A stretch of DNA of 64,000 nucleotides from Candidatus Daviesbacteria bacterium (lineage in GTDB: Bacteria > Patescibacteriota > Microgenomatia > Daviesbacterales > UBA10151): the NCBI GenBank assembly GCA_027451625.1, contig DAIDIY010000048.1:26917-90916 (forward strand). The letters are read 5' to 3'. Under the pieces are notes generated by a model. It saw only the letters and a list, made by a program, of their open reading frames with translations. It did no database searches and was not told the DNA's origin. Positions within the stretch are counted from its first letter, which is position 1. Every line of letters begins with the position of its first letter. Below are positions 19,780-28,982 of the stretch, piece by piece. A program made the position numbers and the translations under genes.

Positions 19780-20502
19780 ATGCATCTCTCTCTTTTTCTT
19801 AAAGAACACCGGCAAGAAACTCCAGAAATAGAATCATTCATATTTTCTTCTAATCAAAAAATAAATTACCAGCCAGGACAATTTCTAAGATGGAATCTAC
19901 CTCATCAAAATCCTGATAATAGAGGAATATGGAGATACTTTACAGTATCATCATCTCCAGCCGAAGGTATAATCATGCTGACAACCAAATTTAGTACTCC
20001 TTCAAGTACTTTTAAGACAACTTTGCATTCACTTAAGATTGGACAGGAGATTACAGTCGAAGGGCCGTTTGGTGATTTCACTTATCCAGATCCAACCGTA
20101 AAAGCTGTCTTTATAGCAGGAGGAATAGGTATAACTCCTTTCAGATCTATTCTCACTCAGTTAGATCTATTAGGAACCAACTCACCCATTATTATTCTAT
20201 ACTCCAACAGGAATGAAGAGATTCCTTTTAAAGTACTTTTAGATGATATATCTAAAAGACGCAAAACTATAAAAATTATTTATACAGTTACAGAAAAGGA
20301 CTCTCGTTATAAAGGAGAGACAGACAAGATTGATGCTAATTTTGTTAAACAATATGTTCCCAATTATCTATCAACTGGCTTACTATATTATTTATCTGGA
20401 CCTAAACCGATGGTTGAATCAATAGAAAAAGAGCTTATTTTTCTGAAAATCTCCAAGCAACAGATAAAAAAAGACTTTTTTCCAGGATATACTGAAATAT
20501 AG
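19780..20502 (+). CDS. ferredoxin-NADP reductase-like FAD/NAD(P)-binding oxidoreductase
   Basis: RYFTVSSSP (FAD-binding RxYS) and GGIGITPFRSIL (NAD-binding GGxGxxP) motifs. Confidence 0.65.
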   Translation: MHLSLFLKEHRQETPEIESFIFSSNQKINYQPGQFLRWNLPHQNPDNRGIWRYFTVSSSPAEGIIMLTTKFSTPSSTFKTTLHSLKIGQEITVEGPFGDFTYPDPTVKAVFIAGGIGITPFRSILTQLDLLGTNSPIIILYSNRNEEIPFKVLLDDISKRRKTIKIIYTVTEKDSRYKGETDKIDANFVKQYVPNYLSTGLLYYLSGPKPMVESIEKELIFLKISKQQIKKDFFPGYTEI

Positions 20503-20544
20503 TAATTTTAAAGCTAATAATAGATTATAAAGGGGGTGATAAAT

Positions 20545-20748
20545 ATGTGCTTGAATTGCGGATGTGGAATAGCTGATGATCCAATGGGAAATGATGATAA
20601 TTTAACTTTAACAGATTTAGCAAAGGCAGCAATTGCAGCGGGCCAAGACGCAGAGACAACTCTAAATAACACTAGGCAGGCACTCCAAAATATTACAGTG
20701 GAAGGACTGCAAAAAAGAATAGATGAATTAAAAGATCACCAATCTTAG
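20545..20748 (+). CDS. small Cys-rich (CxxCxC) protein, hypothetical
   Basis: ATG at 20545 preceded by agggggtg RBS; N-terminal MCLNCGCG; followed by a strong terminator. Confidence 0.4.
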   Translation: MCLNCGCGIADDPMGNDDNLTLTDLAKAAIAAGQDAETTLNNTRQALQNITVEGLQKRIDELKDHQS

Positions 20749-20761
20749 ATTGGAGTGTTTT

Positions 20762-20791
20762 CTAGCCCTCTTCTGAAGAGGGCTAGTTTTG
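20762..20791 (+). terminator. rho-independent terminator
   Basis: Perfect inverted repeat tagccctcttc ... gaagagggcta with a short loop and a TTTT run. Confidence 0.7.
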
Positions 20792-20888
20792 TTAAGTACA
20801 GTCTTTATTTTAGTATTAAAAAATCAGCTAATATCTTAATCTGTTATTAATTTTATATTTAAAGGATTAAGCCCTGCTAAATATGGAA

Positions 20889-21950
20889 CTATTGTAGAGA
20901 GAATGTAGCATCTAGTAAATCGTCTATTTGTGTAGATAGTTTTTCATTTGTAAACTTTTTCAAATCTGAATTTACCATTAATTTAACTAACTCTTCAAAC
21001 CCTACTGTCGGTGCCCACCCAAGCTCTTTTTGTGCTAAAGAATAATCACCTCTAAGCTCTCTAATCTCTGTTGGACGTAATAGGCTTTTATCGCTTATAA
21101 CATGATCCTCCCAATTTAATCCTACCAAGGAAAAAGCTATCTGACAAAAATCTTTTACAGAATGTTGAGTATTAGTTCCGATAACATAATCTTTTGGAGA
21201 TGGCTGTTGTAACATAAGCCACATTGCAAATACATAATCTTTAGCGTATCCCCAATCTCGTTTAGCATCTAAATAACCCAAGTGTAGCTTTCCATTATCA
21301 TCAATTAATGGTTCTCCTAATTCGTTCAAAGGAGGCCTTTTAACTTTATTTTTAATACAAGCTACACCTACAGAAATCTTTCTTGAAACATATTGTAGCC
21401 CTCTTCTTTCACTTTCATGATTAAATAAAAATCCTCCGCATACAAAGATATTGTAGCTTTCACGATAGCAACGAACCATCATATGTGCATAAGCCTTAGA
21501 AATTCCATATGGATTATTTGCATCAAAAGGAGTCTCCTCTGTAGCAACCTCTGCCTTTATATTTCCAAACACTTCTCTTGATGTTGCCTGATAGACTCTA
21601 GAATGAGGAGAGAAATTCTTTACTGCCTCAAGAACTCTTACAATACCTAAGCCTGTTACCTCTGCCGTATAGATAGGAGTAGACCAAGAGTCGGCAGGGA
21701 CTGCTTGAGCAGCAATATTATATACTTCATCTGGCTGGTATTTTTTTATTACTCTATTTAAACTCTCAGGGTCTATTAAATCTGCGACTTCGATTTTTAT
21801 CTTCCCATAAAGATGAGATATGTTTTCCCGATAGAAACTACTCGTACGGCGAATTGTACCTATAACTTCATAGCCTTTAGATATAAGTAAATCGGCTAAA
21901 AAAGAACCGTCTTGTGAAGTTACACCAATAATAAGAGCTTTTTTAGCCAT
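20889..21950 (-). CDS. gmd: GDP-mannose 4,6-dehydratase
   Basis: ALIIGVTSQDGSFLADLLISKGYEVIGTIRRTSSF is near-identical to the Gmd N-terminus; SDR YxxxK present. Confidence 0.85.
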   Translation of the reverse strand: MAKKALIIGVTSQDGSFLADLLISKGYEVIGTIRRTSSFYRENISHLYGKIKIEVADLIDPESLNRVIKKYQPDEVYNIAAQAVPADSWSTPIYTAEVTGLGIVRVLEAVKNFSPHSRVYQATSREVFGNIKAEVATEETPFDANNPYGISKAYAHMMVRCYRESYNIFVCGGFLFNHESERRGLQYVSRKISVGVACIKNKVKRPPLNELGEPLIDDNGKLHLGYLDAKRDWGYAKDYVFAMWLMLQQPSPKDYVIGTNTQHSVKDFCQIAFSLVGLNWEDHVISDKSLLRPTEIRELRGDYSLAQKELGWAPTVGFEELVKLMVNSDLKKFTNEKLSTQIDDLLDATFSLQ

Positions 21951-22042
21951 ATTTAAAAGATGCTTCCCAGATTACCATAGAATCAGTTGTTTTTCAATTT
22001 AAAAATCCAAAATTTAATATCTTTATTCAAAAAACAATTAAA

Positions 22043-22999
22043 TCATAAATTATCTAGTAGTGTTTGATTTTCCCAAAATTTTAATATATCTTTTAAAGAT
22101 TCATCTATTGAGATTAATGGTTTCCAGGAGAAAGTACTCTTAAATTTATTGTTATTTCCAACAATCGTAGGAATATCCTTCTTTCTTACCTTATTTGGAT
22201 CAGTCGTGACTGTAATATTTTTCAAGCTGAAACTAATTAATTTATCCAAAATCTGTTTACCTGAATAGTCTACTCCCGAGCAGAGATTAAATGCCTCTCC
22301 CCAATTCAAATCTCTTTTTTCAATAATCTTTTTATATCCCAAGGCAACATCTCGAACGTCTAAATAGTCTCGTGTCGATTTCAGATTTCCTACTCTGATA
22401 TTCCCTTCATTATTCTTCACCTCGGCTATTTGAGAAGCAATATCCGAAACTAGAAAACCTTTCTTCTGCCCTGGGCCAATATGGTTGAACGCTCTTACAA
22501 TTATAATCTTAAGATTATGACTTCTACTATATTGATAACTTAAGATATCACCAGCTGCCTTACTTGAACCATAGAAATTAACTGGATTTATGGGAAAATT
22601 TTCATCAATCGCCACTTTAGTATCAACATCTCCATAAATCTGTGCTGAGCTTACATAGATAATCTTAGGATTAATCGAAGATGCTTCTTTAAACTTAGCA
22701 ACTGCTTGATATAGATTAAATGTACCCAAAAAATTAACATTAAAATAATCTTCTGGAGAGCAATCCCAGGTCATTGAACGAGCAGCGAGATGGACAATTA
22801 CATCAGAGCTATATTTTAACAAAGAGTCATAAATCAACTTCTCATTCTTAATATCTAAGTTAAAGGAAAGTCCATTCGTTAAATGATAAGCATACTCATC
22901 AGAATGAGTTACTGCAATTAGAAAATATTCCTTTTCTAAGCAACTAATTAAATATTTTCCAACAAACCCCCCAGCACCTGTTATTAAAACTTTTTGCAT
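22043..22999 (-). CDS. NAD-dependent epimerase/dehydratase (GDP-4-keto-6-deoxymannose reductase or GDP-fucose synthase-like)
   Basis: Rossmann VLITGAGGFVGKYL; catalytic YGSSKAAGD (YxxxK); lies beside gmd. Confidence 0.65.
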   Translation of the reverse strand: MQKVLITGAGGFVGKYLISCLEKEYFLIAVTHSDEYAYHLTNGLSFNLDIKNEKLIYDSLLKYSSDVIVHLAARSMTWDCSPEDYFNVNFLGTFNLYQAVAKFKEASSINPKIIYVSSAQIYGDVDTKVAIDENFPINPVNFYGSSKAAGDILSYQYSRSHNLKIIIVRAFNHIGPGQKKGFLVSDIASQIAEVKNNEGNIRVGNLKSTRDYLDVRDVALGYKKIIEKRDLNWGEAFNLCSGVDYSGKQILDKLISFSLKNITVTTDPNKVRKKDIPTIVGNNNKFKSTFSWKPLISIDESLKDILKFWENQTLLDNL

Positions 23000-23006
23000 T
23001 AATATC

Positions 23007-23735
23007 CTATTCTATCCCTAAAAGATGTGGTAGGATAGTTCCAAGGAAATATCCTCCAATTCCTGAGGCCGCACCAATTAACAGGACCTGTAATCCACTT
23101 TTAATATAAGGCAGAGCAGCTACCCTTCCTTTAACTACTCCAATAATAAAAAGTGCTGCAAAAGTAAATAGAATTGAAGCTATGATAGCTAATCTTCCAG
23201 AAATAAAAAAATAAGGGAAAAGAGGCACCATAGCTGATCCTAAGTAAGATGCACCTACAAACAAAGCATCTTTTTTAGGCGTTCCTGTAGGTTCAGGATC
23301 TATTCCCAATTCTTTCTGTATCATAGTATATAAAAAAGATTTTGGGCTAGAGCTTATTTTTTGAGTAACAATATGCGCACTTTCAGTAGATAAACCTTCT
23401 CTCTCAAATATTTTCTTTAACTCTTCATTTTCATAAGATGGCTTATTTTCAATCTCCTTCTTCTCTTTACTAATTTCGAAATCATGAACTTGTCTTTCGG
23501 CCTGAGAAGATAAATAAGCCCCAGTCGCCATCGAAAAAGCCCCTGCCAAAGCCTCGGAAATACCAGCCACAATAACAATATGATTATTATTAAACGCTCC
23601 CGCCACGGATGAAACAACTCCTAGAGGAACCAATAATCCGTCTTGGGCTCCAAGAACAATTTCTCTTATTTGCGATAATTTTCCAATCCTTTCCTTCTCC
23701 GCAAAGATTGCTTCTTTATTTAAATTTTGAGCCAT
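23007..23735 (-). CDS. VIT1/CCC1 family (DUF125) membrane transporter-like protein
   Basis: LGAQDGLLVPLGVVSSVAGAF matches the VIT-family LGANDGL helix; hydrophobic C-terminal half. Confidence 0.6.
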   Translation of the reverse strand: MAQNLNKEAIFAEKERIGKLSQIREIVLGAQDGLLVPLGVVSSVAGAFNNNHIVIVAGISEALAGAFSMATGAYLSSQAERQVHDFEISKEKKEIENKPSYENEELKKIFEREGLSTESAHIVTQKISSSPKSFLYTMIQKELGIDPEPTGTPKKDALFVGASYLGSAMVPLFPYFFISGRLAIIASILFTFAALFIIGVVKGRVAALPYIKSGLQVLLIGAASGIGGYFLGTILPHLLGIE

Positions 23736-23959
23736 CTTTTTATTATACCAATATTTAACAAAATTCCATTAATACATAACTGGATTAAATTTTTAAATAA
23801 GGTGCTCTTTTCATATAATTTTAGCAGGGATATCCTCAAATAATTCTATCTTTATATTTTTATAAAAATTCGAATAAAAACATTACTATATTTACAATTT
23901 AAGAGAGACATTATTTTTTGTAAACTCTTCGCTACAATATTCGCAATGACCGCGCTGAT

Positions 23960-24330
23960 TATTTTAATGGTCCTACTTATAATACTCATATTCAACAGAT
24001 CATTTCTTATGGAGCTCCATATGTACTTTTAGAACCATTAGTCATACACCATCTAATCAAACAAACGGAAATTAAAAAAGATAATATTTTTTACGAGCTT
24101 GGATCTGGAGACGGAAGAATTGTTATTGCTGCTGCTCTACCCCCTAAGAATTCTCTATTCTAGATTAGGTTATTAACTATTAAATAATAAAGCTAAAATT
24201 TTATCTAAAAATTTGATACTGATCTAAGCAATGCTGACATAGCTTACATGTATTTATTGCCTAAAACTACGTCTAATTTAGAATTGAAATTAGAAAAAAT
24301 TGAAGAAGAGATCTAAAATTATTAATGTTT
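23960..24330 (+). pseudogene. degraded class I SAM-dependent methyltransferase
   Basis: Frame fragments ...YGAPYVLLEPLVIHHLIKQTEIKKDNIFYELGSGDGRIVIAAALPP then an in-frame stop. The next fragment ...NADIAYMYLLPK is in another frame and also stops. No intact ORF spans the region. Confidence 0.45.
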
Positions 24331-24590
24331 TGCTTCCATTTCCGCTTTGGAAACCTATAGAGATAGAACTTCACAGACCAATATATGGACCTACCTATAT
24401 CTATCAGAGATAATTTGTCTTTTTCAGTTAATATTATTCCTACCCAAGGAGAAAAGCTTTCGGTAATATATTACTAGAAACTACTTAAGTGTTATAATTA
24501 CGTTCTAAAAGAAAATAACAACTCATAAAGTAGCTATTTTCAAAATACTCGAAGTTATTTAATATAAAGTGTACTTTCAAAATTAAATAT

Positions 24591-24888
24591 TCCTCGATAG
24601 CTCAACGGTAGAGCGGCTCGCTGTAAGCTATAGAAATATTTCGTATAGAGATATACAATTTGCAGCTTCCAAGAGAAATTTTGGAATGATAACTGGGTTA
24701 ATTGCGAAAAGCCTATAAAAATGGTAATCCGCAGCCAAGGGATAAGTTATTTATTCAAGGTTCAGAGACTATACGCCCGGATCCTAAGTCTGGTAAATAT
24801 AGATAAGGATAAGAGATAGTCCAAGCCTTAAGGAAACTTAGGGGCACTTGTAACGAGAAGGTTCCTGGTTCGAATCCAGGTCGAGGAG
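24591..24888 (+). tRNA. tRNA-Asn (GUU) interrupted by a group I intron in the anticodon loop
   Basis: 5' exon TCCTCGA-TA-GCTC-AACGGTA-GAGC-G-GCTCG-CTGT (24591-24624). 3' exon TAA-CGAGA-AGGTT-CCTGG-TTCGAAT-CCAGG-TCGAGGA-G followed by CCA (24851-24888). Acceptor stem is a perfect 7 bp with G73 discriminator; ends match E. coli tRNA-Asn. The spliced loop would be CTGTTAA. Confidence 0.8.
24625..24850 (+). ncRNA. group I self-splicing intron (IC3-like) within tRNA-Asn
   Basis: 226 nt. 5' exon ends in U and the intron ends in G. P-like AATTGCGAAAAGCC (~24699-24713); Q AATCCGCAGC (24726-24735); R GGTTCAGAGACTA (24759-24771); S AAGAGATAGTCC (24811-24822), giving P7 GACUA/UAGUC. A candidate IGS GCAGC (~24657) can pair with exon GCUGU using a U-G pair. 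Confidence 0.75.
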
Positions 24889-25345
24889 CCAAGCTTGACG
24901 ATCAGCGAAATTTAAGATCGTATCAAAGGGTTTTATAGCGTCATATCGGACTAATTTGCTTTATACCCTTAGGTTCGATAGTACAAGATTGATCAACTAC
25001 CTTCTTTCTTCAACTTCAGCACTTTTGAATAATTCATAAGCATTGTTTGCCAGTTCCAAAAGGTATTTAGACGTGATGTAGTAGTTATCCTCAGCTTCTT
25101 GCAGTAAAGCAATTCGGGTATCAATATCTGCTAACTGATCACGGAAAATTGATAAAATCTGTCATACTCATTGTCAGTAATTCTCCAAAGTATCTTACAT
25201 CCGGAAACTCTTGAATTATTAAAGAGAAATCCAAGGCTAGGGGAGCAAAAGTATAAAAAGATCTCTCAAACCCCCTAAAGTCTTTTTAATTATAAGCATT
25301 TTTCCTTGACACAAACTTTTAGTAGAGTAATACTAAATAGAGAAG

Positions 25346-25561
25346 GTGAGTTTTATGCTTTCTGCAAAAACATTTCTTCAGCTTGTCGGAACAATTTTCA
25401 CTATTATTGGAACTCTACATCTATTACGTCTCCTTACAGGCTGGCAAGTGGTTCTAGTCGGGTGGGCTGTACCGCTTTGGATAAGTCTCTTTGGAGCAGT
25501 AATTGGTTGGTATTTAGCATATACAGCATTTTCGCTTGCAAAAAAGAAAAACAAGAAGTAA
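25346..25561 (+). CDS. small two-TM membrane protein (hypothetical)
   Basis: 71 aa, two hydrophobic helices and a Lys-rich tail. A GGTGAG-like RBS lies upstream (aGAAGGTGAGtttt ATG). Confidence 0.45.
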   Translation: MSFMLSAKTFLQLVGTIFTIIGTLHLLRLLTGWQVVLVGWAVPLWISLFGAVIGWYLAYTAFSLAKKKNKK

Positions 25562-25575
25562 AGGAAGTGAGCTAT

Positions 25576-25824
25576 ATGAAATTGGAAATAAAACGAGTAG
25601 CAATTGCTGGTGGAATTATGTGGGCACTCTGTTTATTCGTAACAACACTTGTAAGTGTATTTGTGGGAGGATTTGCCAAGGCTTTTCTTGACGGAATAGC
25701 CAGTATTTATCCCGGATATTCAATTTCTATAGTTGGGAGTTTTATTGGACTAATTTACGGATTTCTTGATGTATTTATTGGAGTGTACATCTTTGCATGG
25801 ATATACAAAATGGTTAGAAAATAA
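25576..25824 (+). CDS. small multi-TM membrane protein (hypothetical)
   Basis: ATG at 25576 preceded by aaggaagtga RBS; 82 aa, very hydrophobic. The 172-aa track ORF 25306..25824 fuses an out-of-frame read-through of the previous gene onto this one. Confidence 0.45.
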   Translation: MKLEIKRVAIAGGIMWALCLFVTTLVSVFVGGFAKAFLDGIASIYPGYSISIVGSFIGLIYGFLDVFIGVYIFAWIYKMVRK

Positions 25825-25842
25825 AATCTAAAACAAAATTAA

Positions 25843-26013
25843 TGGATAACGTTCATTTAATTACAGTAGTTGGATTAGTATTGATGATCGCACTTATCGT
25901 TGCCATGGATGTTCTATTCTTTAGAAATCACTTTTGGGAACGTCTATTAATGAATATAGGAATTGTTCTTGTGTTTTTAGCTTTTTACTTAAGATTTTTT
26001 AGACATCCATAAA
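25843..26013 (+). CDS. small membrane protein (hypothetical, 56 aa)
   Basis: Manual translation MDNVHLITVVGLVLMIALIVAMDVLFFRNHFWERLLMNIGIVLVFLAFYLRFFRHP. Third of three consecutive small hydrophobic ORFs on the same strand. Confidence 0.3.
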
Positions 26014-26337
26014 AAACAATATGAAAAGACCAAAATTTCTAACTGTATAGTTATTTTATTACCATTATTTACTTTAATTATAACAATTAATTCTTTTTCA
26101 CATCTTCCTTTTCTTTTATATCCTTACTAAAAGTTATGTCAGTTTTTTGGGAATTATTGCTGGTAAGATATGCGCAGTAGTCCAAATTTTAAGATTGAAA
26201 AAGATAGGAACTACGATTTTAGTATCCTTAGCAATATAGTTTTAAGTATGTTAGCTGTATTAGGAGTCAACATCATTATGTTTGGGGTTTTATAGTTACC
26301 AGTATGGAAAAATTTCAAATAGAAAAAACATTTATCC

Positions 26338-26646
26338 TCATTTTATCTTTTGTTTATTTAGCACATATTGTACAGAAGGACTTATTGGCTTGTCCTTACG
26401 ATGGAAACAACCAATCCAACAACAAGGCCTTCGCATTCCTTCTTTAAGTTCAGAAATTACTCTTTCGACATGCTGCTTTCTGGTTTCCTCCCTTTTAACT
26501 AAGGTTGCCCAGCATATCCATTCATTGCGTGCAAGTGGTGTAAGGCTTTCCCATACTGTAAGAGCTTTTGAGTCAGAAGTCAAAGCCTCACGCAAATCTA
26601 TTGGAACTTTGTGTACTGTACCGTCTGAAATATTTGTTTTTATCAT
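26338..26646 (-). CDS. YdeI/OmpD-associated (OmdA-like) family protein
   Basis: PIDLREALTSDSKALTVWESLTPLARNEWICWATLVKREETRKQHVERVISELKEG matches the YdeI/OmdA pattern. Start taken at the internal Met (MIKTN). Confidence 0.45.
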   Translation of the reverse strand: MIKTNISDGTVHKVPIDLREALTSDSKALTVWESLTPLARNEWICWATLVKREETRKQHVERVISELKEGMRRPCCWIGCFHRKDKPISPSVQYVLNKQKIK

Positions 26647-26760
26647 AAAATAATGATAACAAACCTGAGAGTAAAAATAATAGACTAAGATTAGCGTATA
26701 GAACTTTGACAGTGAGTATGCGGATAGTATCACTTAATGAAAACCAATTTTAATAATCAA

Positions 26761-27828
26761 TTAATTGAAAAACTGAATAGGTAAATAAATAGAAAAGATT
26801 GATCCTTTTCCAGGAGTACTCTTTACAGAAACTGTTCCTTTATGTCGATATATTATTTGTTGAGTTATATATAAACCTAGTCCAAGTCCCCTTATATATG
26901 ATGTGGAAGGTCTTTTTTCTCTGAAGTGTTGATTAAATATTTTATGTAAATTATTTCTCTCTATACCAAAACCAAAATCTTGTACTGAAATACGAATTCT
27001 TCTCTTAGAAGAAGTTAAACTTACCTTTATATCACTATCTTTAGGGGAATATTTAGCAGCATTTGCCACTAAATTAATTAAAGTTTGACTTAGACGATAC
27101 TTATCTCCATATACAAAAATATCTGCTTTTTCTAGATCTGTTTTAAATATTATTTTGTGATCCTTAATAACTAAACGCAAGTTTTCAATAATGCTTTTCA
27201 CAAATCTAAGAATATTAATAGATTCATCTCTATAAGTAAATTTTCCACCTTCTATTTTATTTAGATCTAATAAATCATTGATAAGATTCGTTGCTCGGTC
27301 AGATTGTTCAATTATATCTGATGAATATTCGGCAAGTTTAGGAAAATTTTTCTGTACTAATTTTTTATTTAAAATTTCCGCAAATCCCCTTATCGAAGCT
27401 AGTGGATTTTTTAATTCATGAGATGCAAAATTAATAAAACTTATTTTTTGCATATTAGCCCTTATCAGAGATTCGCTTACTAAGCTAATAAAAAAACCTT
27501 CTATTATAAATATGACTAACAGAATTAGATCTTCAGCTATTCCTAAACGAATATTATGGGTTTGAAAAAAATACGTATTTATAAGACCCAGCGACAAAGT
27601 CGTAATAACCCCAGGAATTAATCCTCCATACCAAGCGCTTAACATAACTCCTAACAGTGCTAAATGTAATGAGATATATTTTCCTAAAAATACTTGTGCC
27701 AAAGTTCTTGTAAGGATGAATGAAATGGTAATAATAAAGACAAATCCATATCTAGCCCAATAGCTTTTATTCTGGGAAAAAATATATTTATTAATTAAGC
27801 GTTGTATCTGCTCTTTCCTTAAAAACAT
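26761..27828 (-). CDS. sensor histidine kinase (membrane bound)
   Basis: Four N-terminal TM helices; H-box FASHELKNPLASIRGF; N-box LINLVANAAKYS; G-boxes DFGFGIE and GLGLGLYI. Confidence 0.85.
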   Translation of the reverse strand: MFLRKEQIQRLINKYIFSQNKSYWARYGFVFIITISFILTRTLAQVFLGKYISLHLALLGVMLSAWYGGLIPGVITTLSLGLINTYFFQTHNIRLGIAEDLILLVIFIIEGFFISLVSESLIRANMQKISFINFASHELKNPLASIRGFAEILNKKLVQKNFPKLAEYSSDIIEQSDRATNLINDLLDLNKIEGGKFTYRDESINILRFVKSIIENLRLVIKDHKIIFKTDLEKADIFVYGDKYRLSQTLINLVANAAKYSPKDSDIKVSLTSSKRRIRISVQDFGFGIERNNLHKIFNQHFREKRPSTSYIRGLGLGLYITQQIIYRHKGTVSVKSTPGKGSIFSIYLPIQFFN

Positions 27829-27883
27829 CGTCGGGTTATATACAAAATACTAAACGCCTAAAAAGGCTTTTATATAATTTTTA

Positions 27884-28978
27884 TTACTCTAAATAATCGC
27901 GCAGCTTTTTTGCTCGAGTGGGATGACGAAGTTTTCTTATAGCCTTAGCTTCAATCTGTCTGATTCTCTCTCTTGTGACCCCGAACTCTTTGCCTACTTC
28001 TTCCAGAGTTCGTTGTTTACCATCTTCCAGTCCAAATCTTAGCTGCAAAACTCTTTTTTCTCTTGGCGAGAGTGAGTCTAACACCTCATCTAAATCTCCT
28101 CGCAGTAATTCCTGAGCTGCTTGTTGGTCTGGTTTCAATCCTTGAGCTTCAATGAAATCTCCCAGTTCTGAATCTTCTTCATCTCCAATTTTTGTCGCAA
28201 GAGATGTCGGTTCTTGTGATACTTTAATAATCTCACGAGCTTTAGTAGCGTCTATTCCTAAGGCTTTTGCAACCTCTTCAGGTGTTGGTTCTCTACCTAA
28301 ATCTTGCATCAATTTTCTCTGTGCTCGATTAAAACGATTAATAGTCTCAACCATATGTACTGGAATCCTAATAGTTCTGGCTTGGTCCGCTAAAGCACGA
28401 GTAATAGCTTGTCTTATCCACCAAGTAGCATAAGTTGAGAACTTAAAACCTCGTCTCCAATCATATTTCTCAACGGCCCTCATAAGCCCCATATTCCCCT
28501 CTTCAATTAAATCTAGCAGACTCATTCCTCGACCTACATATTTTTTGGCAATTGAAACAACCAGCCTTAAATTAGCACTAATAAGCCTATCTTTAGCTCT
28601 CCTATCTCCTTTTTCACTTTTTTTAGCAAGCTCTATCTCTTCTGCAGCAGTCAACAAAGATACTCTTCCAATCTCTCTTAAATATTGCCTAACCGGATCT
28701 GAAACATATCCTTCCTCAAGAGAAGCTAGCATTTCTAGTTCTTTTTCTAAATCTGTTGCACCTTTCTCATCGTCAGCAACCTCTTCTGCAGTACTCTCGA
28801 AGACATCAACACCTGAATCAATTAGCTTGAGATAAAAATTATCTAGTTCTTCAATCTTTTCTTCAGGCTTAGGGAAAATCTGCAAAATCTCTTCTTGAGT
28901 CACGAAACCTCGGTCTCTTCCCATTTGTAATAGTTTTTTTTCATCTAGTTGTGCACTTCTTTGTTGACTTTTATTCAT
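27884..28978 (-). CDS. rpoD: RNA polymerase sigma-70 factor
   Basis: Region 1.2 [11 protein letters not shown], region 2 [13 protein letters not shown]...[13 protein letters not shown], region 3 [11 protein letters not shown], region 4 TLEEVG...[18 protein letters not shown]. Confidence 0.9.
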   Translation of the reverse strand: MNKSQQRSAQLDEKKLLQMGRDRGFVTQEEILQIFPKPEEKIEELDNFYLKLIDSGVDVFESTAEEVADDEKGATDLEKELEMLASLEEGYVSDPVRQYLREIGRVSLLTAAEEIELAKKSEKGDRRAKDRLISANLRLVVSIAKKYVGRGMSLLDLIEEGNMGLMRAVEKYDWRRGFKFSTYATWWIRQAITRALADQARTIRIPVHMVETINRFNRAQRKLMQDLGREPTPEEVAKALGIDATKAREIIKVSQEPTSLATKIGDEEDSELGDFIEAQGLKPDQQAAQELLRGDLDEVLDSLSPREKRVLQLRFGLEDGKQRTLEEVGKEFGVTRERIRQIEAKAIRKLRHPTRAKKLRDYLE

Positions 28979-28982
28979 ATAA

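Noticed and set aside
25306-25824. 172-aa plus-strand ORF spanning two small genes
   Set aside because: Its first ~90 codons are an out-of-frame read-through of the 71-aa gene (25346-25561). Only the last 82 codons, from ATG 25576 with its own RBS, form a plausible hydrophobic protein.
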